A DNA stretch of 64,000 bases from Deltaproteobacteria bacterium (GCA_029262315.1 JAJCZP010000168.1:10825-74824); one strand, 5' to 3'. Counted from the first letter of the stretch, positions 50,322 through 60,689 are shown. The notes: generated by a model not told the origin, from the letters alone. Program-made: numbers and translations.

Positions 50322-51605
50322 CTACAGGCCCGTCCATTCTCCCGAATCGATCAGTCGGCGGACGGCGGTAAACGTCGTCGGAGTGCTCCAATGGTGGGGA
50401 CCGATCGTATGCGAGACCACCCGGCCATTGCGATCGATGAGGAAGGTCTCCGGGTAGCCGGTGACGCGGTAGCGGGAGGACACCTGGCGCTCCGGGTCGC
50501 GGAGCACGCGAAACGTCAGGGCCAAGGACTCGGCGAACGCGCGCACGTCGGCCCCATCACCCGTATCGGCGCTCACCGCCAACATCTCGAAGTCGGCGCC
50601 ACCGAAACGCTCGTACAACGCCTGCATCGACGGCATCTCCTGACGACAGGGCTCGCACCAGGTCGCCCATACGTTGACGAACACCACGCGACCTTTCAGG
50701 TTGGCGAGGCGCACGGTACGACCGTCGAGGTCACTGAGCGCGAAATCGGGTGCGGGCTTGCCGACCAGCGCACTGCCCTGCTCGCACCCCACGCCGACGA
50801 ACGCCAGGAGCATGAGCGCCGTGGCCTGGAGGCCGAAACCTCGCGTGCGCACCAATTGCAGGACGCCGATCGTCACCAGAACGATGCTGATGAGTTGGGC
50901 CTCGCTGAGCCCGTACGCGAGCTTCGGATTGAGTCGGATGAACTCGACGCAAAAGCGCACCGCGGGACTGAGGATGAGGTAGAGCCAGAACATCGTCCCC
51001 GGCCGGTGGGGGCGGTGGCGCAGCGACCAGAGGACCAGGAACACGGTCGTGTACCCCAGGGTTTCGTAGATCGGTGCCGGATGGACCAACACATCCGCCG
51101 GGAGACCGCTCGATTGTACCCAGGCATCCCAGCCAATGATCGCGTTCGGGAAACGCATCGCCCAGGGCAGCGTCGTCGGCGTTCCCCAGTCACCATCGCC
51201 CGCGAGCAGGCAGCCGATGCGGCCGATGGCCTGCCCAACGGCGAGCGCCGGAGCGCAGCAATCGACAATCACGCCCCACGGCAAGCCGCGGCGCCAGATG
51301 AACATCGACACGGTGGCGAAACCGCCAATGAGGCCGCCGTAGAAGACGAATCCTGCGCCCGTGAACACGAAGGCGAGAGGATCGGCAAGAAACCCCTTCC
51401 AGTCATCGACGAACGAGAGCAGGCGCGAACCGACCAATCCACCGACGGCCGCCCACAGCACGAAGGACGACGCGAGCTCTGGATCGAGCCGCTCGCGGCG
51501 CAACTCGCGCTCTACGACGTTCCCGGCAGCCAGGAACGCGATCGCCAACATGACCCCGAAGCTGTAGATCGTGATGGGTCCGATCGAAAAGATGATCGGG
51601 TGCAC
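50322..51605 (-). CDS. lgt: prolipoprotein diacylglyceryl transferase fused to a TlpA-family thioredoxin
   Basis: Lgt motifs GFVFYGGL, GRIGCLLAGDGDWG and HPAPIYE; then APDF, VNVWATWCEPCRQEMP and YPETFLID in the same frame. Confidence 0.88.
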   Translation of the reverse strand: MHPIIFSIGPITIYSFGVMLAIAFLAAGNVVERELRRERLDPELASSFVLWAAVGGLVGSRLLSFVDDWKGFLADPLAFVFTGAGFVFYGGLIGGFATVSMFIWRRGLPWGVIVDCCAPALAVGQAIGRIGCLLAGDGDWGTPTTLPWAMRFPNAIIGWDAWVQSSGLPADVLVHPAPIYETLGYTTVFLVLWSLRHRPHRPGTMFWLYLILSPAVRFCVEFIRLNPKLAYGLSEAQLISIVLVTIGVLQLVRTRGFGLQATALMLLAFVGVGCEQGSALVGKPAPDFALSDLDGRTVRLANLKGRVVFVNVWATWCEPCRQEMPSMQALYERFGGADFEMLAVSADTGDGADVRAFAESLALTFRVLRDPERQVSSRYRVTGYPETFLIDRNGRVVSHTIGPHHWSTPTTFTAVRRLIDSGEWTGL

Positions 51606-51706
51606 TGTCGGCGAAGCATATCGAAACGCCGCGCACACTACCAGGCGGGTGGTGCCGACCCGATGCCCATTTGCGTCAACGTCCCCGCCCCGCCTAAAGT
51701 TGGCGC

Positions 51707-52168
51707 GTGGTACAGGGCGGCTTTTGGGCAGTTTCGTCGGGCAAGATCAGCTTCCGGGCAGACGGACGCTGGTATTCGGACGACGAGCCGATCAACAACC
51801 CACGCATCGCCAAGCTGTTCAGCAAGTGCCTGAGCCAGGGTGAAGACGGCCGCTGGCAGATCGCCATGGCCGACGAGCGAGCGTTCGTCGAGATCGAGGA
51901 CACCCCCTGGGTCGTCACCTCGGCAAGCACTGCCGCCGACGCCGGCTGGACGCTGCACCTGAACGACGACACGGAGGAATCGCTGGACCCGAGCACCCTC
52001 GTGAGCGGAGCCGGGCACGTGCTCTACGCCACAGTGAAGGGTGGCCGCTACCCGGCGCGTTTTCTACGCCCGGCCTACTACCAGCTGGCCGCCGCGTTTC
52101 AGGACGATGACGGACATGTCGTGCTCCCGAGCCGCGGCCAGCGGTACACCATCGCCTCACGCGCCTGA
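51707..52168 (+). CDS. DUF1285-like protein
   Basis: DGRWY..EPI, VEIEDTPWVV, ARFLRPAYYQL. Confidence 0.7.
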   Translation: MVQGGFWAVSSGKISFRADGRWYSDDEPINNPRIAKLFSKCLSQGEDGRWQIAMADERAFVEIEDTPWVVTSASTAADAGWTLHLNDDTEESLDPSTLVSGAGHVLYATVKGGRYPARFLRPAYYQLAAAFQDDDGHVVLPSRGQRYTIASRA

Positions 52169-52614
52169 TGCACGTCGCCCTGGTTGAACCGGAAATTCCC
52201 CCCAATACTGGCTCGATCGCCCGATTGTGCGCCGCCACCGAGACGTCCCTGCACCTGATCGGGCAGCTCGGATTCAAGATCGACGACCGCCACCTCAAGC
52301 GCGCCGGACTGGACTACTGGCCATTCGTCACCGTCACCCAGCATACGAGCTGGGCGACATTCCGTGCGGCGGTCCCCGGACGCCGACTGGCCTTCTCGGC
52401 GCAGGCCACGACGCCCTACACCGCCATCCGATTCGCCAGCGACGACATCCTGGTCTTTGGGGGCGAAACCCGCGGCCTGCCCGCGATCATCAAGGACGAG
52501 CTGGCCGCCGACCTGTACACAATCCCGATGACGAGTTCGCACGTGCGAAGCCTGAACCTGGCCAATGCGGTTTCGATCGTCCTCTACGAGGGCCTGCGCC
52601 AGCTGGGACTATGA
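52168..52614 (+). CDS. trmL: tRNA (cytidine/uridine-34-2'-O)-methyltransferase
   Basis: PEIPPNTG, LKRAGLDYW, FGGETRGL, RSLNLAN. Confidence 0.95.
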   Translation: MHVALVEPEIPPNTGSIARLCAATETSLHLIGQLGFKIDDRHLKRAGLDYWPFVTVTQHTSWATFRAAVPGRRLAFSAQATTPYTAIRFASDDILVFGGETRGLPAIIKDELAADLYTIPMTSSHVRSLNLANAVSIVLYEGLRQLGL

Positions 52615-52715
52615 GGCTGGCACGGGGTCAATTGAATACCCGGACCGCTTCCAGTACACAGTGAATAGGCCCTCCTGACCTTGGCACCGGCTTGGGAGGC
52701 CGGAGCTCGGGTCCC

Positions 52716-54167
52716 ATGCGACAGGTTCTGACCCTCGGTATCGTCGCTTCGTGGGTCGTCATGGCGACATTGCTGGTCCAACGCCATGCACGACCAAGCG
52801 CGGAGCCGTTGATGCTGCCCACGGCAGCAACGCTCGACGAACGAGACGAATGGTTCGGGGTCTACGCCGAGGGTCGCAAGATCGGCCACGCGCACCGGGT
52901 GACCGCTCGCACCGAGGACGGCTACGCCTTCTATGAGGACTCGGTCGTCGCGCTCGCCATGCTGGGCGTCCCACAGACGCTCCGGACCGCGCTCGCCACC
53001 GAGACCGACGATACCTTCGCCCTGCGGAGCTTCACCTTCACGCTGACGTCGCCGGCCACCGAATTCAGCGCCCATGGCACCAGCGACGGACACCGCCTCG
53101 ATGTCACCTACGGCGCGGCCGGCCACGAGGCCGAGCTCAGCCTCCCGCTCGACGACCCAATCCACCTGCCGAGCACGCTTCGGCCACACGTCCTGGCGGC
53201 AGCTCCCGCCCCGGGAACACGCTACACCCTGCCCGTCTTCAGCCCGATGACACTCGGCAACGAACCCATGACCGTGACGATCGAGGGACGCGAGCAGCTC
53301 CCCGGCACCGTAGGGGCCCCCGAGGCCCTAAAGCTGTCCGAGGAGTACGGCGGCGTCCGCACCACGGTCTGGTTGGATGACACCGGGGCCGTGCTCCGGG
53401 AGACCACGGCGCTGGGATTCGCGCTCGAACGCGAGCCGCGCGCCATGGCACTGCGCGGGGCCGACGACCACGCCCCGATCGATCTGGTCACGGTCAGTCG
53501 CATCCCGCTCACCGGCACGATCCCGTCGCCACGCGGCGCGGCCCTGCTGAAGCTCCGCGTGACCGGCGCCGGACGAACGACGATCCCCAACGCCCCGCCA
53601 CGGCAGCACCTGCGCCGCGATCTCCTGCGCGTAGTCCGAGAGCCGATGCCCGTGGCCGCGCCGCTCGACGAGATGCGCCAGGCCTCACTCGCCCCGTACC
53701 TCCTCGCCGCCCCGCTCATCGAAGCCGACGATCCCGAGATCGCCGCCCGGGCGCGGGCCATCGTCGGGGACACCGACGATGGCGTCGTTGCGGCCCGCCG
53801 CCTGGTCCACTGGGTCTACGCCCACGTGGCCAAGGAGCCGAGCGTCACCGTCCCGAGTGCCCGCGCCGTGCTTGCGGCCGGGCGGGGCGATTGCAATGAA
53901 CACGCCGTACTTCTGACGGCCCTGGCGCGGGCCAGCGGCATCCCGGCCCGGATGGTCGCCGGCGCGGTGTATGCCAACGACGGATTCTACTATCACGCAT
54001 GGACGGAGCTTTGGCTGGGAGCATGGATCAGCGCCGATGCGGTGTTCGATCAGCTCCCCGTCGATGCGACGCACGTGAAGCTCATGGATGGAGGACCCGA
54101 ACGCCATATCGCCCTGGTCAGCGTCATCGGGCGTCTGGCGTTCGAGGTGGAGGGGGTGTCGTCATGA
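52716..54167 (+). CDS. membrane-anchored transglutaminase-like protein
   Basis: N-terminal TM; GDCNEHA, YYHAW and DA form the Cys-His-Asp triad. Confidence 0.88.
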   Translation: MRQVLTLGIVASWVVMATLLVQRHARPSAEPLMLPTAATLDERDEWFGVYAEGRKIGHAHRVTARTEDGYAFYEDSVVALAMLGVPQTLRTALATETDDTFALRSFTFTLTSPATEFSAHGTSDGHRLDVTYGAAGHEAELSLPLDDPIHLPSTLRPHVLAAAPAPGTRYTLPVFSPMTLGNEPMTVTIEGREQLPGTVGAPEALKLSEEYGGVRTTVWLDDTGAVLRETTALGFALEREPRAMALRGADDHAPIDLVTVSRIPLTGTIPSPRGAALLKLRVTGAGRTTIPNAPPRQHLRRDLLRVVREPMPVAAPLDEMRQASLAPYLLAAPLIEADDPEIAARARAIVGDTDDGVVAARRLVHWVYAHVAKEPSVTVPSARAVLAAGRGDCNEHAVLLTALARASGIPARMVAGAVYANDGFYYHAWTELWLGAWISADAVFDQLPVDATHVKLMDGGPERHIALVSVIGRLAFEVEGVSS

Positions 54168-54916
54168 TCGAATTCGTGGAGCTGCGCAAAGAGTTCGGCA
54201 CGAGTACCGTCGTCGAAGATCTCGACCTGATCATCCCGGCGGGCGAGATCTTCGGCTTTCTCGGGCCGAACGGAGCCGGCAAAACGACCACCATCAAGAT
54301 GATGATGGGCGTGCTCGAGCCGACATCGGGTACCGTCATCCTGAACGGCCACGACATCGCGAAGGCGCCCGAGGAAGCGAAAGCGCAGACGGGATACGTC
54401 CCCGACCAGCCCGCGCTCTACGACAAGCTGACCGGGATGGAGTTCCTGCGCTTCGTCGGCGGATTGTACGGACTCGATCGCGGCGACATCGATGAGCGCG
54501 CCCGCGACCTGCTCGAAGAGTTCGACATGCTGGCACGCGCAGAGGAGCTCATCGAGACCTACTCCCACGGCATGAAGCAGCGCCTGACCTTGAGTGCCGC
54601 GCTCATGCACCGGCCCCGCATCCTGGTCCTCGACGAGCCCATGGTCGGCCTCGACCCCCAAGGGGGACTCGAGCTCCGGCAGATCTTGCTGGCCCTCGCC
54701 GCTGGCGGCGTGACCGTGTTTCTCTCGACGCACAGCCTGAGCGTCGCCGAGGAACTCTGCGACCGAATCGGCATCCTCGATGCGGGCCGACTCGTTGCAC
54801 TCGGGAGTCTCGACGAGCTCCAATCCCGCGCGGCCCTCCGGCCGGAAACGGCGCCGCGCGACGCCTCGCTCGAGTCTGTGTTCCTACGACTCACCGGCAC
54901 GGAGGATCGCGAGTGA
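54164..54916 (+). CDS. ABC transporter ATP-binding protein
   Basis: GPNGAGKTT, YSHGMKQ, LDEP, STH. Confidence 0.94.
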   Translation: MIEFVELRKEFGTSTVVEDLDLIIPAGEIFGFLGPNGAGKTTTIKMMMGVLEPTSGTVILNGHDIAKAPEEAKAQTGYVPDQPALYDKLTGMEFLRFVGGLYGLDRGDIDERARDLLEEFDMLARAEELIETYSHGMKQRLTLSAALMHRPRILVLDEPMVGLDPQGGLELRQILLALAAGGVTVFLSTHSLSVAEELCDRIGILDAGRLVALGSLDELQSRAALRPETAPRDASLESVFLRLTGTEDRE

Positions 54917-56601
54917 GTCGCGGTCCGTCGCTCGGGCTGCTGGTCGCCCCCCGCCTGCTCGCCGCGCGCCACGCACTCCGACGGAGCTACCTCAAGGCCG
55001 TGGTGCTGGTCGCCTTCACGGCGGCGTTCTGGGTCGGCTGCTTCACGTTCTTCACCAACGTCCTCGAGTTCTTCCAGACGGTCACGGCACTCGGCCCACT
55101 GCTGACGCAGCGACTGCTGGTGATGATCCTGGTGAGCTTCTTCGCGATTCTGACGATCAGTAACATCGTCACGGCTCTCACGACGTTCTACCTCGCCAAC
55201 GACGTCCGATTTCTCCTCGCCGCTCCCGTCAGTCGGCGCCGGCTCCATCAAGCCCGCTTCACCGAAACTCTGGTTGCATCATCGTGGATGGTCTTGCTCT
55301 TCGGCCTGCCAGTCTTCCTGGCATACGGCGTCGTCTACCAGGCGGGCCCGCTCTTCTATGGAGCGGCGCTGGCAACCATGCTGCTGCTCCTCATCCTGTG
55401 CGCGGCCCTCGGCGTGATCATCACCACCGGGCTGGTCCTGGTGTTTCCAGCGCGACGCACGCGCGATGCGCTCCTCGTCATCACCGTGGCCCTTGTCGCT
55501 GGTGGCTACATGACGCTCCGCCTGCTCCAACCAGAGCGCCTCGCGGACCCCACGGAGATGGCGGGCTTCATGGCATTTCTCACGAGCTTCGAGGCCCCGT
55601 CCTCGCCCTACCTGCCAACGACATGGGCGGCCGAGGTCCTGATCCCGCTCCTTGGCGACCGCGGCGGCGATCCCCTCTTCTATCTGGGCATGTTGCTGAC
55701 GACGACGGCGGTCGCCTACCTGGCAAGTGCCGGCCTCGTGGCGTCGCTGTATCTCAAGGCTTGGACCCGCGCCCAGGAGGGCGAAGCGCGGAGCGGCGGC
55801 CGGCGGCGACTCGCCTCGTGGCTCCGACCGCTCGCCGCCCCGCTCCCGCGCACGTCGGGTCTTCTACTCGTCAAAGACCTGACGGTGTTTTTCCGAGACC
55901 CCAGCCAGTGGTCGCAGCTGCTCCTGCTGCTGGCGCTCGTGGTCGTCTACATCTACAATTTCTCCGCACTCCCGATCGACGACGGAACGCCGCTCGCCGC
56001 AACGCTCCGCGAAGTCGTGGCGTTCGCGAATCTGGCCCTGGCCGCTTTCGTCATCGCGGCCGTGGCCGTCCGCTTCGTCTACCCTGTCGTCAGTCTCGAA
56101 GGCCGCGCGTGGTGGGTACTCCGAGCGGCACCTCTGTCGCTTCGGACCCTGTGGTGGAGCAAATTCTGGATCGCGTTCCTGCCGCTGGCGACCCTCGGCG
56201 AGATCCTGATCGTCGTTACGGGCCGGTTCCTTGGGGTGGCCCCAGAGCAGACCGTCGTATTCATGGCCACCCTGCTGCTGCTGATCGCGGCCATCGTCAG
56301 TCTCGGGCTCGCGTTCGGCGCGGCCTATCCCAGACTCGACACGCAGAACGCGGCCCAAATCGCCACCGGCTTCGGCGGCGTGATCTACATGGTCTCCTGT
56401 CTCGGCCTGATTGCCGTGGTCGTCGCCCTCGAGGCCTGGCCGGTTTCGCGCCTGTTCTGGCATCAGTTCGCGCCGTTCCCGGTCACGACGGGTGAGCAGG
56501 CAGCCATCGGCATCGCCTTTGCTGGCGTCGCCGTAGTGACGATTGTGACCTGGGCCGTCGCCCGAAGCACGGCCATCCGGCACTTCGCGCGCCTCGGCTG
56601 A
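54913..56601 (+). CDS. ABC-2-type exporter permease
   Basis: Many TM helices; KDL..FFRD and SLEGRAWW; start overlaps the ATPase stop. Confidence 0.85.
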   Translation: MSRGPSLGLLVAPRLLAARHALRRSYLKAVVLVAFTAAFWVGCFTFFTNVLEFFQTVTALGPLLTQRLLVMILVSFFAILTISNIVTALTTFYLANDVRFLLAAPVSRRRLHQARFTETLVASSWMVLLFGLPVFLAYGVVYQAGPLFYGAALATMLLLLILCAALGVIITTGLVLVFPARRTRDALLVITVALVAGGYMTLRLLQPERLADPTEMAGFMAFLTSFEAPSSPYLPTTWAAEVLIPLLGDRGGDPLFYLGMLLTTTAVAYLASAGLVASLYLKAWTRAQEGEARSGGRRRLASWLRPLAAPLPRTSGLLLVKDLTVFFRDPSQWSQLLLLLALVVVYIYNFSALPIDDGTPLAATLREVVAFANLALAAFVIAAVAVRFVYPVVSLEGRAWWVLRAAPLSLRTLWWSKFWIAFLPLATLGEILIVVTGRFLGVAPEQTVVFMATLLLLIAAIVSLGLAFGAAYPRLDTQNAAQIATGFGGVIYMVSCLGLIAVVVALEAWPVSRLFWHQFAPFPVTTGEQAAIGIAFAGVAVVTIVTWAVARSTAIRHFARLG

Positions 56602-56769
56602 CCTACGCGCAGAGCGCCGCATGCGAGTTGCGTGGGCGGCTGCGTGCGGACTTCTCCGGGTGCCACCTCAAGTCGTCCCCGATTCGTTCCGATAAGCATG
56701 TCGCAACGGGAACGCGACAGCACCGCCTGACATGTCACACGCGATGTGCGCTGCGCAAAGGGGCTACTG

Positions 56770-58773
56770 GTGGAACCGATCTCACCCGCACTGCAAGGCA
56801 CGAACGAAAACGATACACCCGCGAGCGGAGCCACCCGCCCGTCGGTCACGCTAGCCGCCACGGACTCGCCGTCGAGCGAGCCCGCGGTCGACACTCGTCC
56901 GGTCGAGCAGATCCTGGTCGAGCAAGGCCTGCTCACGTCGAAGCAGGTCGACAAAGCGCTCAGGATCCAGAGCCGACTCGAAGAACAAAAGCCCCTCGCG
57001 GCACTGGTCGTAGAACTCGGATGGGTCTCACGGAACGCCATCGAGTGCGCGCTGAAGTCGCACCGGAGGCAGCTGCCCATCGAGGAGATCCTTCTCGAAA
57101 AGGGCGCCGTCACCGGCGACGAACTCGAGCACGCCCGCGAGCATGCGCGCAAGAACCCGGGCCACACGGTCGTGCAATCGCTGATCGAGATGAACTTCGT
57201 CGCCGAGCGAGAGTATCTCAGCGCGTGCTGCGAGCGCTACGATCTCCCGTTCGTCGAAGCCGACGCGAATCTCGTCGACCGACGCCTCTTGAAGAAGGCG
57301 AGCGTCCAGTACCTCACGCGCCACCGGATTCTCCCCCTGACGACGGACGACGCCGGCCAGATCACCGTCCTGGTGGACGACCCGGAACAGCCGGATCTGG
57401 TCGTCGAGATGAGCCGTCTGTTTGGGGGCCCGGTCACCCTGGCTCTCTCGACACGTGCCGGGATTGAAGAAGCCCTCGCCGCGCTCGCCGGCTCCCGCCC
57501 CGAGTCGGGTGCCGTGCCCCACGGCTCGATTCAGTACCACAAGATCCAAGAGGATCTGGATACCGAGAAGACCACCAGCATCGTCGACCACATCTTCCTC
57601 AAGGCGATTCGGCAGGGCGCGAGCGACATCCACCTCGAACCGATGGCGTCGAAGATGCGCGTACGTTTTCGCATCGACGGCAGCCTCGTGCACGTTACCG
57701 ACTACCCGAGCGCCTACGCGGGACCCATCATCTCGCGCATGAAGGTGCTCGCGCAGGCCGACGTCGCCCAACACCGGATTCACCAGGACGGCCGCATCTA
57801 CGTCCGCGACGGCAGCGAGGAAATCGACTGCCGCGCCTCATTTTACGTGACCGTCTTCGGGGAAAACTGCGTCATCCGCGTCCTGCGGAAAGACCAGGCG
57901 CTCGTCGGCCTCGAGTCACTCGGACTCCCGCCACCCGTCCTGCGGACCTTCATCGACGATGTCGTCGAGCCCACGACGGGTATCGTACTCGTCTGCGGCC
58001 CCACCGGGAGCGGCAAGACGACGACGCTCTATTCGACGGTGGACAGGCTGAACGACAACTCCCGGAAAATCATCACCTGCGAGGATCCCGTCGAGTACGT
58101 CATTCAGGGCATCACGCAGTGCTCCGTGCAGAACCGCCCTGGCATCAACTTCGTCGACTCCCTCAAAGCGATCGTGCGCCAGGACCCGGACATCATCCTC
58201 ATTGGGGAGGTCCGGGACGCCGCCTCGGCCGAAATGGCCATCCAATCGGCACTCACCGGCCACAAGGTTCTGTCGACGTTCCACACCGAGGATTCGGTCG
58301 GCGCGCTGGTGCGTCTGCTCGACATGGGCATCGAAGCCTTTCTCCTCGCGTCAACGATCACCGCCATCATGAGCCAGCGCCTCGTCCGCCGGCAATGCAA
58401 GGAGTGCAAGGTCCCCTACACGCCGACACCTCGCGAGGTACGAGCGCTCTCCCTCGCTCGCGCCGAACTCGAGGGCGTCAAACTCACCCGCGGGAAAGGC
58501 TGTGAACGATGCCTGCATACGGGGTACCGCGGCCGCACCGGTTTGTACGAGCTCCTGGTACTCACCGACGATATCCGCGACGGCATCATTCAACGCCTGC
58601 CGTCCCATGAACTACGCACCATGGCTGCCAAAGCGCCGAGCTTCGTTCACCTCCAAGAGGACGGCGTCTTGAAGACCATTCAGGGAGAAACCACCTTCGC
58701 GGAGGTTCTCGACAACACGCCTCGCGTTCAGGACGTACGCCCGGTTCGCGAGCTCATGGAGATGTATGGATAA
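56770..58773 (+). CDS. GspE/PilB-family secretion ATPase
   Basis: ASDIHLEP, RFRIDG, GPTGSGKTT, EDPVEY, RQDPDIILIGEVRD, His box TGHKVLSTFH, CxxC...CxxC. Confidence 0.93.
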   Translation: MEPISPALQGTNENDTPASGATRPSVTLAATDSPSSEPAVDTRPVEQILVEQGLLTSKQVDKALRIQSRLEEQKPLAALVVELGWVSRNAIECALKSHRRQLPIEEILLEKGAVTGDELEHAREHARKNPGHTVVQSLIEMNFVAEREYLSACCERYDLPFVEADANLVDRRLLKKASVQYLTRHRILPLTTDDAGQITVLVDDPEQPDLVVEMSRLFGGPVTLALSTRAGIEEALAALAGSRPESGAVPHGSIQYHKIQEDLDTEKTTSIVDHIFLKAIRQGASDIHLEPMASKMRVRFRIDGSLVHVTDYPSAYAGPIISRMKVLAQADVAQHRIHQDGRIYVRDGSEEIDCRASFYVTVFGENCVIRVLRKDQALVGLESLGLPPPVLRTFIDDVVEPTTGIVLVCGPTGSGKTTTLYSTVDRLNDNSRKIITCEDPVEYVIQGITQCSVQNRPGINFVDSLKAIVRQDPDIILIGEVRDAASAEMAIQSALTGHKVLSTFHTEDSVGALVRLLDMGIEAFLLASTITAIMSQRLVRRQCKECKVPYTPTPREVRALSLARAELEGVKLTRGKGCERCLHTGYRGRTGLYELLVLTDDIRDGIIQRLPSHELRTMAAKAPSFVHLQEDGVLKTIQGETTFAEVLDNTPRVQDVRPVRELMEMYG

Positions 58774-59644
58774 CCTAGTCCCGGAAAGCACCCCCACAGA
58801 CGCAACACGCCAAGGCGAGATCACCCTGGTCGGCGTCATCGAGGCCGAAATCCTGGCCGGCAATGTCGAGCTCCCGCCATTGCCGAAGATCGCACTCAAA
58901 GTGCGCGAGCTGATCAACAACGATGGAGACCTCAAAGACATTGCGGCTCTCATTGAACAGGATCCGGGATACGCAGCCGCCATCCTGCGGTACGCGAACT
59001 CGGTAGCGTTCGCCGGGCTGAAGCAGGTCGCCGATCTCTCTACCGCGACGCAACGCCTCGGCCTGAAGGCGGTGGAACAGACCGTGCTCGCCCTCTCCGC
59101 ACAGGAAGCGTTCACGAGCGACAACCCCGAGGAGGAGCGCATCCTCAGCCAGCTGTGGGACCACTCGCTGGCGACAGCCCTGGGGGCGCGTCGTCTCACC
59201 ATCAAGGGCGTGAGTCCGGAGCTCGCCTTCCTCGCGGGCCTCCTCCACGACGTCGGTAAGGTAATCGTCCTGCGTTGCGCGAGTGACCTTCGCAAGCAGA
59301 ATCCGGAGCGCTTCAACTTCTCCGATCTCGTGCTCCGCGAGTTCCTCGACGAGCTCCACTGCAGGATCGGCGATCAGTTTCTGGAGAGCTGGAACATCCC
59401 CGCGGAAGTGCGTGACGCCGTCCGCCGACACCACGACACCGAGTTTGGCGCCGACGATCTCCTCCCGGCCATCGTGTCATGCGCGGACCTGGTGGCGAGC
59501 AAGCTCGGGGTGAGCCTGCACCCGAACCCGGACGCACATCTCCTCGAGTGCCCCGCCGCCGAGATTCTGCATCTCGACGACGTGAAGGTCGCGAATCTCT
59601 TGATCGACGTCGAGGACGACCTCGAGAATTTCAAGGGGGCGTAG
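58766..59644 (+). CDS. HDOD domain protein
   Basis: LPPLP, DPG.AA.ILRYANS, LWDHS, AFLAGLLHDVGK, H..IG...W..P. Confidence 0.92.
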   Translation: MDNLVPESTPTDATRQGEITLVGVIEAEILAGNVELPPLPKIALKVRELINNDGDLKDIAALIEQDPGYAAAILRYANSVAFAGLKQVADLSTATQRLGLKAVEQTVLALSAQEAFTSDNPEEERILSQLWDHSLATALGARRLTIKGVSPELAFLAGLLHDVGKVIVLRCASDLRKQNPERFNFSDLVLREFLDELHCRIGDQFLESWNIPAEVRDAVRRHHDTEFGADDLLPAIVSCADLVASKLGVSLHPNPDAHLLECPAAEILHLDDVKVANLLIDVEDDLENFKGA

Positions 59645-60689
59645 GCTCGCCGGACGTCTGCAGGGCGGCCCGAACGGCGGCGAGCGGCGCCTCCGGCGCC
59701 GTCTTCGCCGCCGCCTCGATGCGGTCGAGCGCCGGGCGCAGGCCACCGGCGTCCTGCCAGAGTTGCTCGAAGACATCGAGCTCGCTGGCATACATCCGAT
59801 AGTGAAGGACGAGCGCGTTGTCGAGCCGCCTGTCCGTGAAGCCCGTGTAGCGCTTCCCCTCGAAGGGTAGCGCTTCAAACTCCGCACGGGCCTCCGCGAA
59901 CACCGCCTCGCGAGCGACCAGGATGTGCGCCGTATCGGTTCCGGCGTAGAGGGCCTCGAGCCGAGCGACGAGGCCGCGCATGAACGTCGCGAAGCGCCGT
60001 GCGTCGGCCCACCGCGCCTCGGCTTCTCGCAGCAGTGTGGCATCCCCGCCACGAGTGGCGAAAAACTCGAGGGCGCCCCGGTGTCCGACGAAACTCGCCA
60101 CCGACTCGTTGAAGACGCTCGCCCCGGCGCCCTTCAGGAAGAACGTACGATGGTACGTCTCGTGGAGCACCAGGTCGACGAGAAAAACGTCGTCGCTCTC
60201 GAGCAGATGGCGGAGCAACGGATCGTCGAACCATCCGAGGGTGCTGAACGCGGCCGCTGGCCGCACCAGCGTATCGTAGCCTTCGGCCTCGATACGCCCC
60301 GCCTCTTGCTTCGCGCGCTCGCGATCGAAGAATCCCTTGTAGGGGAGATGGCCGACGATCGGGAACCACCACACGTAGGGCTCGAGCGCGGTCCGTTTCG
60401 CGGCCGTGACGACGAAGACCGTATCCTCTGCATCGACGTACGAGAGACTCCCGAAGCTACCGCCGACGTCCAGCCCAAGGTCCGTGGCAAAGGCCCGTAC
60501 CTCCTCGACCAGCACGATTTTTCGACGCCAGTCCGGATCGAGATCGTCGCGAGCCAATACCGCGGCGAACGGCTCACGTCGCCAGAGGATCTTGGCCTCG
60601 CCGTACGCGGCCTGCAGGACATAGAGCGGGGAGCAGCCCGCGAGCAGGCCGGCCAGCGCCACAAGGACCCAGCGCTGCGGACCCGTCAC
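59631..60689 (-). CDS. putative zinc aminopeptidase lipoprotein
   Basis: Lipobox LAGC; WWFPIVG..PYKGFF, STLGWFDDP, HETYH...FNES. Confidence 0.87.
   Translation of the reverse strand: MTGPQRWVLVALAGLLAGCSPLYVLQAAYGEAKILWRREPFAAVLARDDLDPDWRRKIVLVEEVRAFATDLGLDVGGSFGSLSYVDAEDTVFVVTAAKRTALEPYVWWFPIVGHLPYKGFFDRERAKQEAGRIEAEGYDTLVRPAAAFSTLGWFDDPLLRHLLESDDVFLVDLVLHETYHRTFFLKGAGASVFNESVASFVGHRGALEFFATRGGDATLLREAEARWADARRFATFMRGLVARLEALYAGTDTAHILVAREAVFAEARAEFEALPFEGKRYTGFTDRRLDNALVLHYRMYASELDVFEQLWQDAGGLRPALDRIEAAAKTAPEAPLAAVRAALQTSGEPTPP

Noticed and set aside
52681-52696. TTGGCACCGGCTTGG as a sigma54 promoter for the transglutaminase operon
   Set aside because: Spacing is wrong and the -12 GC is missing.
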